Below are positions 12,077 to 25,477 of a stretch of 64,000 nucleotides of DNA, piece after piece; the stretch's first letter is position 1; every line of letters starts with the position of its first letter. The DNA is taken from positions 868,001 to 932,000 of the forward strand of contig CDRNVU010000116.1 of NCBI GenBank assembly GCA_977017645.1, written 5' to 3'. The DNA is from Torpedo marmorata. Its lineage: Eukaryota. The notes under the pieces are model-generated. The model worked only from the letters and a program-made list of their open reading frames with translations, searched no databases and was not told the DNA's origin. Both the position numbers and the translations under genes were made by a program.

Positions 12077-14895
12077 TTCCAAGAAGCTATGTTGTAGGCA
12101 TTCTACAAATTCCCTCTTGAAATCCAGTCCCAACCTGGTTTTCCCAATCTACTTGCATGTTAAAATCCCCCATGACTACCATAACATTGTCCTTCTGACA
12201 CGCCTTTTCTATTTGCTGTTGCAATTTGTTGTCCACATCCCGGCTACTGTTTGGAGGTCTATATGTAACTGCCAGCAGTGTCTTCTTTACCCTTGCCATT
12301 TCTTTTTTCTTTTTCAATAATTTTATTAACATTGAAATTTCACATCCAAAAATACAGAGTACATACGGATATATGTTAAAAGTCAAAAAGATACATTACA
12401 CTTAAATCATATCATTTCATCCAAGGTACTCCACATTTTAATCAAACAGATTATATTGTATTGATATTTTATTATAAAAAAAATAAAATCTAAACCCACT
12501 ACCAAGAAAGAAGCTGTTTGGCCAAAAAAAGAAGACAGAATTCTTATCAGAGTGATAAATTACCTCATTAGTCCCCAGTTCTACCTTCATAACAAATCAA
12601 AGATTATAAAAGTAATTCAAAAAGGGTCCCCACAGTGTTTGAAAATTTGAATTCAAATCGGAAATTGAGCATCTAATCTTCTCTAAATTTAAACATGACA
12701 TGACTTCACGTAGCCATTGAGCATAATTAGGCGGGGTAACATCCCTCCATCTGAGCAACATCGCCCGCCTAGCCATAAGAGAAATAAAAGCTAATACATG
12801 CAGTTCAGATGCCGTTAAAGTTATGTCACTCTCTCCAGCAATACCAAATAAAGCAGTTAAGGGATTAGGTATAGAATTAACTTTAAAAAGTGCAGAAAAA
12901 GTTTGAAATACTTCGTTCCAATATTTCTCAAGACTGACATGTCCAGAACATATGAATTAATGAAGCATCTCCATTGTTGCATTTATCACAACGAGGAGAT
13001 ACATCTGCATAAAAACAAGATAGTTTGACTTTGAACATGTGAGCCCTATGGACTACTTTAAATTGTAGGAGAGAGTGGCGGGCACATAAAGTAGAAGTAT
13101 TAACCAATTTGAAAATTCTGTTTCTTCAGAAATTAAAAGCTGTAGGTCCTGTTCCCAGGCTTTTTAAATTTTATCTGAGGGAGCCTCTCTTGTTCCCAAC
13201 AACATATCATAAATGTTAGATATTGAACCATTATAGAAAGGTTGTAAATTAAAAATTACATCAATTAAATTCTTATCTTAGTAAAAAAATCTCTAATCTG
13301 TAGATAACGAAAAAAATGAGTATTTGGTAGACCGTATTTAACTGAAAGTTGTTCAAAGGAAGCGAGACTCCCCTCGACAAATAAATCTTTAAAACATTTA
13401 ATGCCCAATCTATACCATTCTTTAAAAGTTATATAAATCATGGAAAGATTTAAAGAAATAATTAGAAAAAATAGGACTAGAAAGAGAAAATCTCATTAAA
13501 CCAAAATGTTTTCTAAATTGTATCCATATTCTCAAAGTATGTTTAACCACCGGATTATTAGTTAATTTATTTAAAGATATAGGAAGTGAGGATCCAAGAA
13601 GAGAAATGAGAGAAAATTTTGTAACAGAATTAGATTCCAAAGAGACCCATATTGGACAGTCTTCACGGTTAATATAGTATAACCAGAACATAAGATTTTG
13701 TATATTGACTGCCCAATAATAGAACCTAAAGTTTGGCAAGGCTAAACCTCCATTCTTTTTAAGTTTTTGTAAATGGGCTTTATTTAGGCGAGGAAGTTTA
13801 TTCTTCCATATATAAGATAATATTGAGTCAAGGGAATCAAAAAAAGACAGGAATAAAAACAGGCAAAGCCTGAAAAAGGTATAAAAATTTAGGTAATATA
13901 TTCATTTTAATAGAGTTGATTCGACCAACCATTGATAAAGAAAGGGGCGACCAATTTGATAGCACCCCTTTCACGTGTTTGATTCAGGTGAGAAAACTTT
14001 CTCTGAATAGGTTTTTATGGTTTTTAGTAATTGTCTCACCTAGATAGGTAAATTGATTTCTTACAATTTTAAAAGGAAGGTTAGTATTTATCAGTGCCAA
14101 ATTATTCGAAGGAAAAAGTTCACTCTTATGAAGATTTAACTTATAACCTGAAAATTGACTGAAATGAGAATTTAAAAAAAGCATAGAAGGCAATGAAGTC
14201 TGAATATTAGAAATAAAAAGCAATAAATCATGCATAAAGTGAAACTTTGTGGGCTGTGCCCTTCCTTAAAATTCCAGTAATATCATTAGATTCTCGAAAA
14301 ACAATAGCTAAGGTTTCTAAAGCCAGGTCAAAAAGCAATGGATTTAGAGGGCATCCTTGTCTGGTTCCACGCTGAAGTCTAAATGGTTTAGAAATCTGAA
14401 AATTAGTAAGAATATAGGCAGAAGGCGATAAATATAGTAACTTAATCCATTGAATAAAGCCAGCCCCAAAATTAAATTTTTCTAAAGTCTTAAATAAATA
14501 ATTCCATTCCACCTGATCAAAAGCCTTCTCCGCATCCAGAGATATCACACATTCCGAAACCTTAGAAGGAGAGTATAGAATATTTAATAAACTGCGTATA
14601 TTGAAATGGGAGTACCGATTTTTAATAAATCCAGTCTGATCATCAGATATAATAAGTGGTAAAATATTTTCAAGTCTACGAGCCAAAACTATAGATTGAA
14701 TTTTAGTGTCAACATTGAGTAAAGAAATTGGCTGAAATGAGGAGCATTCGGCTGGATTTTTATTCTTTTTAAGAATTAGCGAGATAGAAGCCTCATAAAA
14801 AGACTGTAGCAACTTGCCAAGTTTAAAAGAATCAGAAAAAACAGAAACATAAATAAGGTGCAAGTAATGAGGAAACAATTTCTTCATGGGAAATA

Positions 14896-17676
14896 CCGTA
14901 TATTTCGGCGTATAAGTCGACCCTTGAAACCCTCAAAAATGTCTCCAAAAACGGGGGTCGACTTATACGCCAGATATACTTTTGAGACCTTAAAATCAGC
15001 TCAAAATCGAGTTCACGCCGATTCGGCGTATAAGTCGACCCCTGAAAACACGATTCGGCGTATAGGTCGACCCTGGAAGCGCCTCCCCACCGCCGGCGCC
15101 GCCGCTCCCCGACACCTCCCCACCGCCGGGCGCCGCCATAAACCACCCAGACATTCTACAATTGTAGAGCCTGAGCTCCCCGCTCCTACCCGGGAGAACG
15201 AGGTCGCCGCTCCTGCCCGGGAGAACGAGCTCCCCACTCCTGCCTGGGAGAACGAGCTCCCCGCTCCTGCTCGGGAGAACGAGCTCCCCGCTCCTGCTCG
15301 GGAGAACGAGCTCCCCGCTCCTGCCTGGGAGAACGAGCTCCCCGCTCCTGCCTGGGAGAACGAGCTCCCCGCTACTGCTCGGGAGAACGAGCTCCCCGCT
15401 ACTGCTCGGGAGAACGAGCTCCCCGCTCCTGCTCGGGAGAACGAGCTCCCCGCTACTGCTCGGGAGAACGAGCTCCCTGCTCCTGCTCGGGAGAACGAGC
15501 TCCCTGCTCCTGCTCGGGAGAACGAGCTCCCCGCTACTGCTCGGGAGAACGAGCTCCCCGCTCCTGCTCGGGAGAACGAGCTCCCCGCTCCTGCTCGGGA
15601 GAACGAGCTCCCCGCTCCTGCTCGGGAGAACGAGCTCCCCGCTCCTGCTCGGGAGAACGAGCTCCCCGCTCCTGCTCGGGAGAACGAGCTCCCCGCTCCT
15701 GCCTGGGAGAACGAGCTCCCCGCTCCTGCCTGGGAGAACGAGCTCCCCGCTCCTGCCTGGGAGAACGAGCTCCCCGCTACTGCTCGGGAGAACGAGCTCC
15801 CCGCTACTGCTCGGGAGAACGAGCTCCCCGCTCCTGCTCGGGAGAACGAGCTCCCCGCTCCTGCTCGGGAGAACGAGCTCCCCGCTCCTGCTCGGGAGAA
15901 CGAGCTCCCCGCTCCTGCTCGGGAGAACGAGCTCCCCGCTCCTGCTCGGGAGAACGAGCTCCCCGCTCCTGCCTGGGAGAACGAGCTCCCCGCTCCTGCC
16001 TGGGAGAACGAGCTCCCCGCTCCTGCCTGGGAGAACGAGCTCCCCGCTACTGCTCGGGAGAACGAGCTCCCCGCTCCTGCTCGGGAGAACGAGCTCCCCG
16101 CTACTGCTCGGGAGAACGAGCTCCCCGCTACTGCTCGGGAGAACGAGCTCCCCGCTCCTGCTCGGGAGAACGAGCTCCCCGCTACTGCTCGGGAGAACGA
16201 GCTCCCCGCTACTGCTCGGGAGAACGAGCTCCCCGCTACTGCTCGGGAGAACGAGCTCCCCGCTCCTGCTCGGGAGAACGAGCTCCCCGCTACTGCTCGG
16301 GAGAACGAGCTCCCCGCTCCTGCTCGGGAGAACGAGCTCCCCGCTCCTGCTCGGGAGAACGAGCTCCCCGCTCCTGCTCGGGAGAACGAGCTCCCCGCTA
16401 CTGCTCGGGAGAACGAGCTCCCCGCTACTGCTCGGGAGAACGAGCTCCCCGCTCCTGCTCGGGAGAACGAGCTCCCCGCTCCTGCTCGGGAGAACGAGCT
16501 CCCCGCTCCTGCTCGGGAGAACGAGCTCCCCGCTCCTGCTCGGGAGAACGAGCTCCCCGCTCCTGCCTGGGAGAACGAGCTCCCCGCTCCTGCCTGGGAG
16601 AACGAGCTCCCCGCTCCTGCCTGGGAGAACGAGCTCCCCGCTCCTGCCTGGGAGAACGAGCTCCCCGCTACTGCTCGGGAGAACGAGCTCCCCGCTCCTG
16701 CTCGGGAGAACGAGCTCCCCGCTACTGCTCGGGAGAACGAGCTCCCCGCTACTGCTCGGGAGAACGAGCTCCCCGCTCCTGCTCGGGAGAACGAGCTCCC
16801 CGCTACTGCTCGGGAGAACGAGCTCCCCGCTACTGCTCGGGAGAACGAGCTCCCCGCTACTGCTCGGGAGAACGAGCTCCCCGCTACTGCTCGGGAGAAC
16901 GAGCTCCCCGCTACTGCTCGGGAGAACGAGCTCCCCGCTCCTGCTCGGGAGAACGAGCTCCCCGCTCCTGCTCGGGAGAACGAGCTCCCCGCTCCTGCTC
17001 GGGAGAACGAGCTCCCCGCTACTGCTCGGGAGAACGAGCTCCCCGCTACTGCTCGGGAGAACGAGCTCCCCGCTCCTGCTCGGGAGAACGAGCTCCCCGC
17101 TCCTGCTCGGGAGAACGAGCTCCCCGCTCCTGCTCGGGAGAACGAGCTCCCCGCTCCTGCCTGGGAGAACGAGCTCCCCGCTCCTGCCTGGGAGAACGAG
17201 CTCCCCGCTCCTGCCTGGGAGAACGAGCTCCCCGCTCCTGCCTGGGAGAACGAGCTCCCCGCTACTGCTCGGGAGAACGAGCTCCCCGCTACTGCTCGGG
17301 AGAACGAGCTCCCCGCCACTGCTCGGGAGAACGAGCTCCCCGCTCCTGCTCGGGAGAAAGACGTCGCCGCACCTGCATCTTCCCGGCCAGAAGCAAAGGT
17401 TTTTTTTACTGTTTTTTTTACTTACCGGTACTTGCTTAATTTACAGCTTTGTTACTTGGCGATTGGGATGTTGTAATAAATTTTGGGTTGTTGCTGGGAG
17501 GCCCAGACAGCCTGAAAATTGGGGGTCGACTTATACGCCGGTCAATGCGCAACATCTCAGGCATCGCGATTTTTGGGGTCGACTTATACGCCGGATATAC
17601 CATAAAACCATTAAAATGAGGCTGAAAAAGGGGGGTCGACTTATACGCCGGTCGACTTATACGCCGAAATATACGG
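14896..17676 (-). mobile_element. Non-autonomous pogo (Passer-like) element carrying a minisatellite
   Basis: Perfect TIR CCGTATATTTCGGCGTATAAGTCGAC with TA TSD; both ends match the autonomous copy at 37852-39776; removal restores L1 ORF2 (QLDQC|ISHEEI). Confidence 0.95.
15173..17358. repeat. 27-bp minisatellite, ~81 units, three interspersed variants
   Basis: Unit GAGAACGAGCTCCCCGCT(C/A)CTGC(TC/CT)GG. Confidence 0.98.
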
Positions 17677-19528
17677 TACATTGATCCAATTGCTTTTGAT
17701 TCGCAGCAGATAATACAGGAATATTCAACTTATCTAAAAAATTAATTACAATATTATCCTTCGGAGAATCGGAACTGTACAGTTCAGAATAAAATTCTTT
17801 AAAAGTATCATTTATTTCTAAATGATCAATTGTCATATCACCATTAGCTTTACAAATTTCTTTTATTTGACGTTTGGCTGCTAAGGCTTTTAAATGATTA
17901 GCCAATAGTTTGCCTGTTTTATCTCCATGGATATAAAATTGACTTTTTGCTTTTAAAAGTTGGCTTTCAATTGGATATGTTAAAAGAAGGTCATATTTAG
18001 CTTTAATTTCAATACGCCGTTTATACAGACCAGGATCTGGAGCCAGAGCATACCTTTGATCTAATTGTTTCAGTTGGTTAGCTAAGTCAGTTTTCTCTTG
18101 ATTAGCCTTTTTCCTAATGCTTGCAGTATAAGAAATGATTTGTCCCCTAATAAAAGCCTTAAAAGCGTCCCATACAATAAGACTAGAAGTCTCTTCCACA
18201 GTTTTTTTTCAAAAAAGAAAGTAATTTGTTCCTCCAAGAACTTTAAACATTCCTTATCAGATAGTAAAATTGAACTGAAACACCAATGTCTGTTTATTTG
18301 AGGAAGACCAGGAAAATTTAAAGATAGTAACATGATCAGAAATAACTATATTTTTGTATTCACAAGAACAAGTTAATGGGATCATTTGACTGTCAATAAA
18401 AAAATAGTCAATCTGTGAATATGTACGATGAACAGACGTGAAAAACGAATATTCCCTGTCTACTGGATGAAAAAAACGCCAGACATCAATAATAGCACAT
18501 TTTAATAAAAAAGATTGAATGAATAAAGCCGATTTGTTCAAAGTGTCTAGTTTAGGAGAAGAACGATCCAAAACGGGGTTTAACCAGCAATTAAAGTCTC
18601 CCCCCATCACTAATGAATAAAGACTTAAATCAGGTAAGAGTGAAAAAAAAGTTCAAAAAATCCAGGGTCATCCACATTTGGATCATATACATTAGCAAAC
18701 ACCACCAATTTATTATATAATTTCCCTGTTAAAATAACAAAATGACCATTTGTGTCTGAGACAACATTATGTTGAACAAAGGGAATTTTATGATCTATAA
18801 AGATCGATACCCCTCTGGATTTAGCCTGGAATGAAGAATGATACTGCAGTCCGTTCCACCGTCTAAAAAGGCATGTGTTACCACTTTTGCGTATATGCGT
18901 TTCTTGTAGAAATATCATTGGAACCTTAAATTATTTTAACGTAAGCAAAAATCTTATTTCGTTTAACGGTGATTCAAACCATTAACGTTAAAACTAATTA
19001 AACTAATAGCTTGACTCATTTTAAATACATTAAAAAAAGTTTAAAAAAAACTAGCAAGTAAAAAAAATAATTTCAGTTAGATTTAACAGAAGTTGAAAAT
19101 AAGATAACCAAAAACAGATGTGTTTCTTCATGGCCAAAGCAGCTTCCAAGAAAGAGTTAACCCCAACTACAACCTCCCCACACAACCAGAAAGCCGACCA
19201 AAAGACAGACGGCATGCTAGTAACTAATCTACCCATCCCCCAAAATTCCTGCTGGCAAAACTCCAAAATTATAATGAAATCTAAGATGTTCCAAAGAAGA
19301 CAAAATATTTCTACTGCAAATATTGCCAAGGTCAGATTTTCACAGAACTGAGATCACATTTTAAACCATTGATAACAAAAGAAAAACCTTAAAATTAAAA
19401 ACACACAAATTAAAATATTGATTTAAATGGTTAAAACAAAATCAGTAAGCTAAACATTAAAAACGAATTGATTAAAAGAAAATACCATGTCAAAATTATT
19501 ACTGAAAAAACTCAAATCAAAATGTATA

Positions 19529-21105
19529 GAGTAAGTATGGAGAAATTAACTTGGAATTATGAAATGGGTGGTTTACAACTTCCTAATTTTCAAAATTACT
19601 ATAAAGCAGCTCAATTAAAATTTGTTAATGAAATGTTTGATTTAGGTAAGTCTTCTGCTTGGATTAGAATAGAATTAAATAATATAGAAGAAGATTTGAA
19701 AGAAGAAGTTATTTATAAATGGAATTCTAAATTATTATTAACAAGAGGGAAGAATTCTCCTATTTTTATACATTTGTTAGAAATATGGAAGAGAGTGGAT
19801 AGATAGTGAGATAGGAGGGAAAGGCTCGATTTCTCGAAAAATGCCTTTATATCAAAATAAACATTCCATTTACTGTTGATAATCAATTATTTAAAATTTG
19901 GTTCCAAAAGGGAATTAAGAAAATAAATGATTGTTTTGAAGCTAGTAAATTTATTACTTTTCAAAGAATGAAAGGTAAGTTTAATGTATTGAATAATACA
20001 CTTTTTGCTTATTGTCAAATTAGAGCATTTTTAGTTGGGAAGTTGGGTTATAGTTTGACTCTACCAAGACAGAGTGAACTGGAATTATTAGTTACTAATG
20101 GAGGTGTAAATAAATTTATTTCTCAAATGTATAGATTGTTTCAGAGAAAAATCCCTAAAGTAGGAATTCATAAATCAAGATTAAAATGGGAATCAGATTT
20201 GAATGTAACAGTAGATGAAGAACATTGGAAAGAATTATGTAAATTAAGTATGACGAAGATTATTAACGTTAGATATAGATTAGTTCAATATAATTTTTTT
20301 CATCAATTATATTTAACACCTAAAAAATTAAAGATATTTAATTTGACATTATCAGGTTTATGTTTTAGATGTAATAGAGAGGAAGGTTCTTTTGTACATT
20401 CTACATGGTTTTGTCCAAAGATATATGATTTTTGGTTGAAAGTTAAAAACTTTTTAGATAAAGTATTGAATGTTACACTTCCATTGGACCCTATGATATT
20501 TTTGTTTGGAGATATTAAAAGAATTAGTATTAAGATGAAATTAAACATGTATCAAATAGAATTTTTGCAAATTGCTTTAGCTGTTTCTAAGAAATGCATT
20601 GCTATTACATGGAAATCTGATGTAGATTTAGGGTTAGAGAGATGGCATGCAGAACTTCGTTCATGTATACCACTTGAAAAAATTACTTATAATTTACGTA
20701 ATAAATATCATTTCTTTTTCAAAATATGGAGCCCATATATAAAAGCTGTTGGTTTAAGGATTTGAAGATCTCTGGACATCGGATCTGACTGGCGAACCTA
20801 TCCTCCACAATAAAATCAGTTTATAGATGTACTTTTTAGATTGACATTCTCCTTACTCTATCTTTTTCTTTCTTTTTCTTTTTATTTTAGTAGATTAGTA
20901 TGGGCTCCCCGTGCTTTCGGCGTGGTTGTCGGCTGGGCCGTACAGTGTACTGTGCGACTCGACTGCACCTCATCGGTGAGCCGGTGTGAGTCAGGGGGAG
21001 GGGAGGGAGGGAGGGTGGTGAAAATGTATCACATGTATTTTGGTAATTTTATATTTTATTTTATGTACTTCGTGATTTAAAATTTTAAATAAAATATTAA
21101 AAAAA
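19529..21105 (+). mobile_element. 5'-truncated L1 (AT-rich family) inserted between ORF1 and ORF2 of the host L1
   Basis: GGLQLPNF...CFRC...HSTWFC...LEKITY; AATAAA and poly(A); TSD AATGTATA at 19521-19528 and 21110-21117. Confidence 0.9.
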
Positions 21106-24100
21106 TAATAATGTATAAACACTTGGAAGGCATTAATTCATTGAGACCTTATTCTTTAATTAAACATTAACAAATTTAAGAAGCGACTCATCTACAGAAA
21201 ATTATAGAAACAATTACCGGTACTCAGACTGAGAGATAATAGCTGGTAATTCTTCATCCAGAAACTTTTGAGCTGCGTCAAGAGAACCAAACAATTTCTT
21301 AGATTTATCCTTCAGTGTAATTTGCAGACACGCTGGAAAAAACAGTGTAGGCTTCACCCCTTGATTGTAGAATTCCGACATGATCTTCCTATATTTAACA
21401 CGCTCCTTCATAACCTCAGGTTAGTAATCTTCAACAATACGAATCTTCTGTCCTTTGTAGTTGATCATTCCTCTGTGACGAGATTCACGTAGCTAAAGCT
21501 CCTTAGTTTGAAATTCATGAAAACACAATAACAGATTGAGGACTCTGGTTGGGAGCTGGTTTAAAAACCAGCGATCTGTGTGCTCGATCTATCATAGGGA
21601 GAGTCGGCAAAACTCCAGGACCAAACACTTCTCGCAAAGAATTTAGTGGGTTGACCAGCCTCAGTAGATTCTTTCAAGCCCAGAATTCGTAAGTTATTTC
21701 TTCTACTTCTGTTTACTAAGTTAATGATATGCTTGAATTCTTCATTAGTCTTTGAAAGCTTTTTACATAACTCTTGCATATCCTCCATTTTTCCATCCAA
21801 AACACTCGAAATTGCTTCATTTTCTTTAATACGTTTGTCATGATCTACTAAGGTTTCTTGAAAAGAGTCCAATTTAGCCTCCATCTGCTTAAACTCCTTT
21901 TTGAGTTCCTTTCTGAATTGTTTAAATTCATCAGAGATTTCTTTCCTTTGTTGTCGAAGCAGTTCCATAATAGTATCCAAAGACGCACAGGGATCTTGTT
22001 CTTGTTCTCTTGTAGTTCCTTTAGCACTCCTTGTATCCATATTAAAGACAATTACTGTCGTTAATCCAGTAAACTCCATAAGTGATAAAGTTTAAGAATA
22101 AGGACTTGAAGAATTTGGAAACAGTACAGAAAGCTGGAGCAACTTTAAAAAGCTATTACTCCATCAATAGCCAGCAGGAGAGTGCCATTTCTTAACTCAA
22201 TCCACAATGATTCTATATCTTCTGATCCTATGTCACCTCTTTCTAATGATTTAATGTTTTTTCTTACCAGCAGAGTCACACAACATCCCCCCCCCCCCTC
22301 TGCTTGCCTGTCTATCCTTTTGATAGACTATGTATCCTTGGACATTCAGCTTCCAATGACATATATCCTTTAGCCACAACTCCATGATGGCCACAATATC
22401 ATACCTGCCAATCTGTAGCTGTACTACAAGGTCATCTACTTTATTTCTTATGCTGCGTGCATTTAAATACAAAACCTTTAGCCCTTTATTTGTCACTTTA
22501 TTTGACTCTGTGTTCTTGTTGCATTGCAACTCACCCCCAAGGCTGCCATTTTGCCCTATCTGCCTGTCCTTCCACACAAACTCCCTACCAGCTGTCTCTA
22601 CTTGTGCGCCAACTGCCTCTTCACTTTGGTTCCCACCCCCCTGTCAATTTAGTTTAAATCCTCCCCCAACAGCATTAGCAAACCTCCCTGCCAGGATATT
22701 GGTTCCCCTCCAGTTCATATGCAACTCGTCCCACTTGTACATGTCACCCCTTCCCCAGAAAAGGTTCCAATGATCCAAGAACTTGAAATCTTGCCCCCTG
22801 CTCCATCTCATCAGCCACTCACTTGTCTATGCTATCTTCCTGTTCTGACCTTTCCCAGCTCGTGGCACCAGGAGTAATTCAGAGATTACCACCTTGGAGG
22901 TCCTGCTTTTCAACCTCTTTCCTAACTCCCTAAACTTACTTTGTAGGATATCTACCCCACTCCTGCTGATGTCATTGGTGACCAATATGTTCCACAACCT
23001 CTGACTGCTCACCCTCCCCCTTGAGAATATTCTGCAACTGCTCAGAGACATCTTGGACCCGAGCACCCAGGAGGCAACACACAATCCTGGAGTCTGTTTT
23101 GCGGCCGCAGAATCTCCTATCTGTTCCCCTATCGAGTCTCCTATAACTATCACTCTGCCTGATTTCACCCTTCCATTCTGAGGCTCCGAGCTGACCACAG
23201 TGCTATTGGTCTGGCTGTTGCCTTGTCCAGATAGGTCATCCCCCGAGTTGTATCCAAGGGGGTATATTTGTTGCTGAGGAGAATGGCACTGACTGCCTAT
23301 TACCCTTCCCTCCTAACAGTGACCCAGTTACCTGCATCTTGCCTCTTGGGTATGACTGTCTCCTTGTAGCTTCTGTCTATTATCCCCTCTGCCTCCTGAA
23401 TGATCCAGAGTTCATCCAGTTCCCTCACTCGGACTAAGGAGCTGCAGCTGGATGCACCTCTTGCAGGAGTAGTCATCGGGACACTTGTGCTGTCCCAGAT
23501 TTCCAACATCCTGAAATTGGAGCATTCCACTGCCTAGCTTCCATCTCTACTACCTACTCTGGGTTACTATGAAAGGATTTTACCTGGCCTTATCTGTAGC
23601 AATTCCTAGTCCTCTGCTCGCCAGAGACTCTCGAGCCAAAGTCTCTAATTCTCCATTCCTACACTGGGCTACTCACACACTGGCTGCTCTGCTGGAGCTT
23701 CCCTTCTTTTTATTTGCTACTGGCTAATCTGTACCACATATTCCCACCAATCACTGCTCCGCTTCACTTACAAACTACCCTGAAACAAAGTACAGCTCTC
23801 GACACTCACCAATTGCCAAGTTCTGGGTCTGCTCCGCTTTACTTATAAACTCCCCTGAAACAAAATACAGCTTTGCTCAAATATGGGAAATGAGGCTGAG
23901 TTTGTGTCTAAAGACCAAATTTTAAGTACTTTAGAATAAAGACATCTGCTTTAGAGTCCTTATTAGTTTGGGATGGTGGCAAAGCTGGACTGGCTAGTTT
24001 GCTGTAGGATAGAATCAAGAGCATTTGTGTCAAGGAGAGATTCAGGAGTTCTCTACTGTATGTTCATTGATGGGCTCTTGGAGATTGGGGTCGAATTACA

Positions 24101-25477
24101 TTGCTGAAGAATCCCTGCATATCGTAGTTTTCAGTGGGGTCTTGGATCCCCAATGAACTTTTCATCCCATCTAGTCTATAGGTTGTGGATTTTTGGTTGT
24201 ACCTCAACCTTCTGATGACTGTGGAACTTTCTTTTCTCTTGATGGGTAGACATTTCAAATCAATGCTTTGCATTTGTGGTCAATTGCATCAAACCAGTCC
24301 TCTACTTGTTTTTGTAATAGAGATACCAAATCTGAGCATCCCCAGAAAGATGCTGATTACCTTGAGTCCCTTTGTCAGGAAAATGTGTAAATTGTGGAAG
24401 GGCCACACTCTGTCCAAGTATTTACCTGTCTGTCTGATCAATCACTTCATGCCCCACTGTGGTCCCATGTTGGCCTTGTCAATCATTTTGGGAGCATACA
24501 GAATCGGAATGGAAGCAGATTGTTGTTCTCCTGGTCTGCTTCACACAAAAGATCCAGGCAGATAGAACATGATATATAACTGGTATGGACATCCAAGAGA
24601 GTGGTCATATTTAAGCAACTTACACAATTCCTTCTTGTACCACAAATAGATGAAATGGATAGTGCTGTTCATGCAAGGTGCAGACTTTCCGTGTGCCAGA
24701 GATATGGTACCCAATGTGTGACATGATAGAAGCTCTTGATATGAGATATTAGAAGCCAGGCAGCAGAGTGGGTCGAAAGATGCCTATAATAAAAAAAAGT
24801 TCTTAGACTGACCAAGTAGAAAGCAGTTCACCAAAAATGATCCACAAGAGACTATTGTTACACAAATGAATTTGACTTGTTAATTGGTGTTGCGGTTTCA
24901 GTCTGTGCAGTTGGCACCAAATTGTCTGGAGTAGAATACAGAATTTAAAAAAAACAGGGAAATTACATTTATAACAATGGACCAATAGTTCAACTGATGA
25001 TGTACTCAAAGACGTTCTGAAAGTATCGGTATTTTGCGACAAATTTAATCTTAGACATCAACTGACTCATGAATCCCTGACCAATGATTGCTCAAAATGG
25101 AGGAGTGTTTGTAATGATGCAAAGAACATCTTTCATGGAGAACATGCAGAAGCCCCTCATGACGGAGGGGAAAGATAAAAGGAGATCCAGTATTCTTTGA
25201 TATTGAAATAATTTAGTTAAAGTTGACAGGAAATAAATTAATATTCAAAATATACTTGGGAACCTTGGTTGACTTGGTCATGAGTGCTATCAGACCCTGG
25301 GAATTTCTAGGTCAACTACAGTTTTACTGATTGTGGGCTTTCATTCAAAATAGTTGGGAACTATTTCGATAGCCTCCAGTTTGTGCTTTTGCTATTTTTA
25401 TAATTTGCAGGGTTTGATTCATCTGCTGTATATTCTGTCACTGTTTTGCACAAAATAACTTTGGTTTTGTTTCAAAG

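Larger units (their letters stand above)
12305..22182 (-). mobile_element. Full-length L1-clade LINE (degenerate) with 11-bp TSD
   Basis: TSD TGCCATTTCTT at 12294-12304 and 22183-22193; ORF1 (RSRRNNLRILGLKES) 21214-22079, EN (FLQETH, GGDFN, SDH), RT (PISLLNVD, SLDAEKAFD, GTRQGCPL), poly(A) at 12305. Confidence 0.93.
9418..23880 (-). mobile_element. Near full-length CR1 LINE in three segments (9418-11740, 12077-12304, 22183-23880)
   Basis: ORF1 zinc-finger/esterase remnant (RVIVIGDSI, TNDI), endonuclease (YLNARSIRNK, YRPPN, MGDFN), RT ([22 protein letters not shown]), CATAAGA tail, duplicated ~44-bp motif in 5' UTR. Confidence 0.9.

Noticed and set aside
15173-17358. CRISPR-like array
   Set aside because: Head-to-tail units with no unique spacers, no cas genes, eukaryotic context
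14858-17476. 872-aa (ENELPAPAR)n ORF and antisense 768-aa ORF as a novel repeat protein
   Set aside because: The stop-free frames follow from a 27-bp unit lacking stops; the ORF starts in antisense L1 and crosses the TIR; there is no synonymous-type variation or other coding evidence
20901-20994. Complete HDV-like or hammerhead ribozyme
   Set aside because: No P1 5' strand or CNRA junction for HDV; no stem III or NUH site and CCGATGA instead of CTGATGA for a hammerhead; kept only as an unidentified hairpin
23940-25400. Short ORFs (e.g. 24185-24565) as a nested gene or extra exon
   Set aside because: No recognisable motifs, and the flanking NCAPG2 exons join without a gap; possibly ancient repeat debris that I cannot classify
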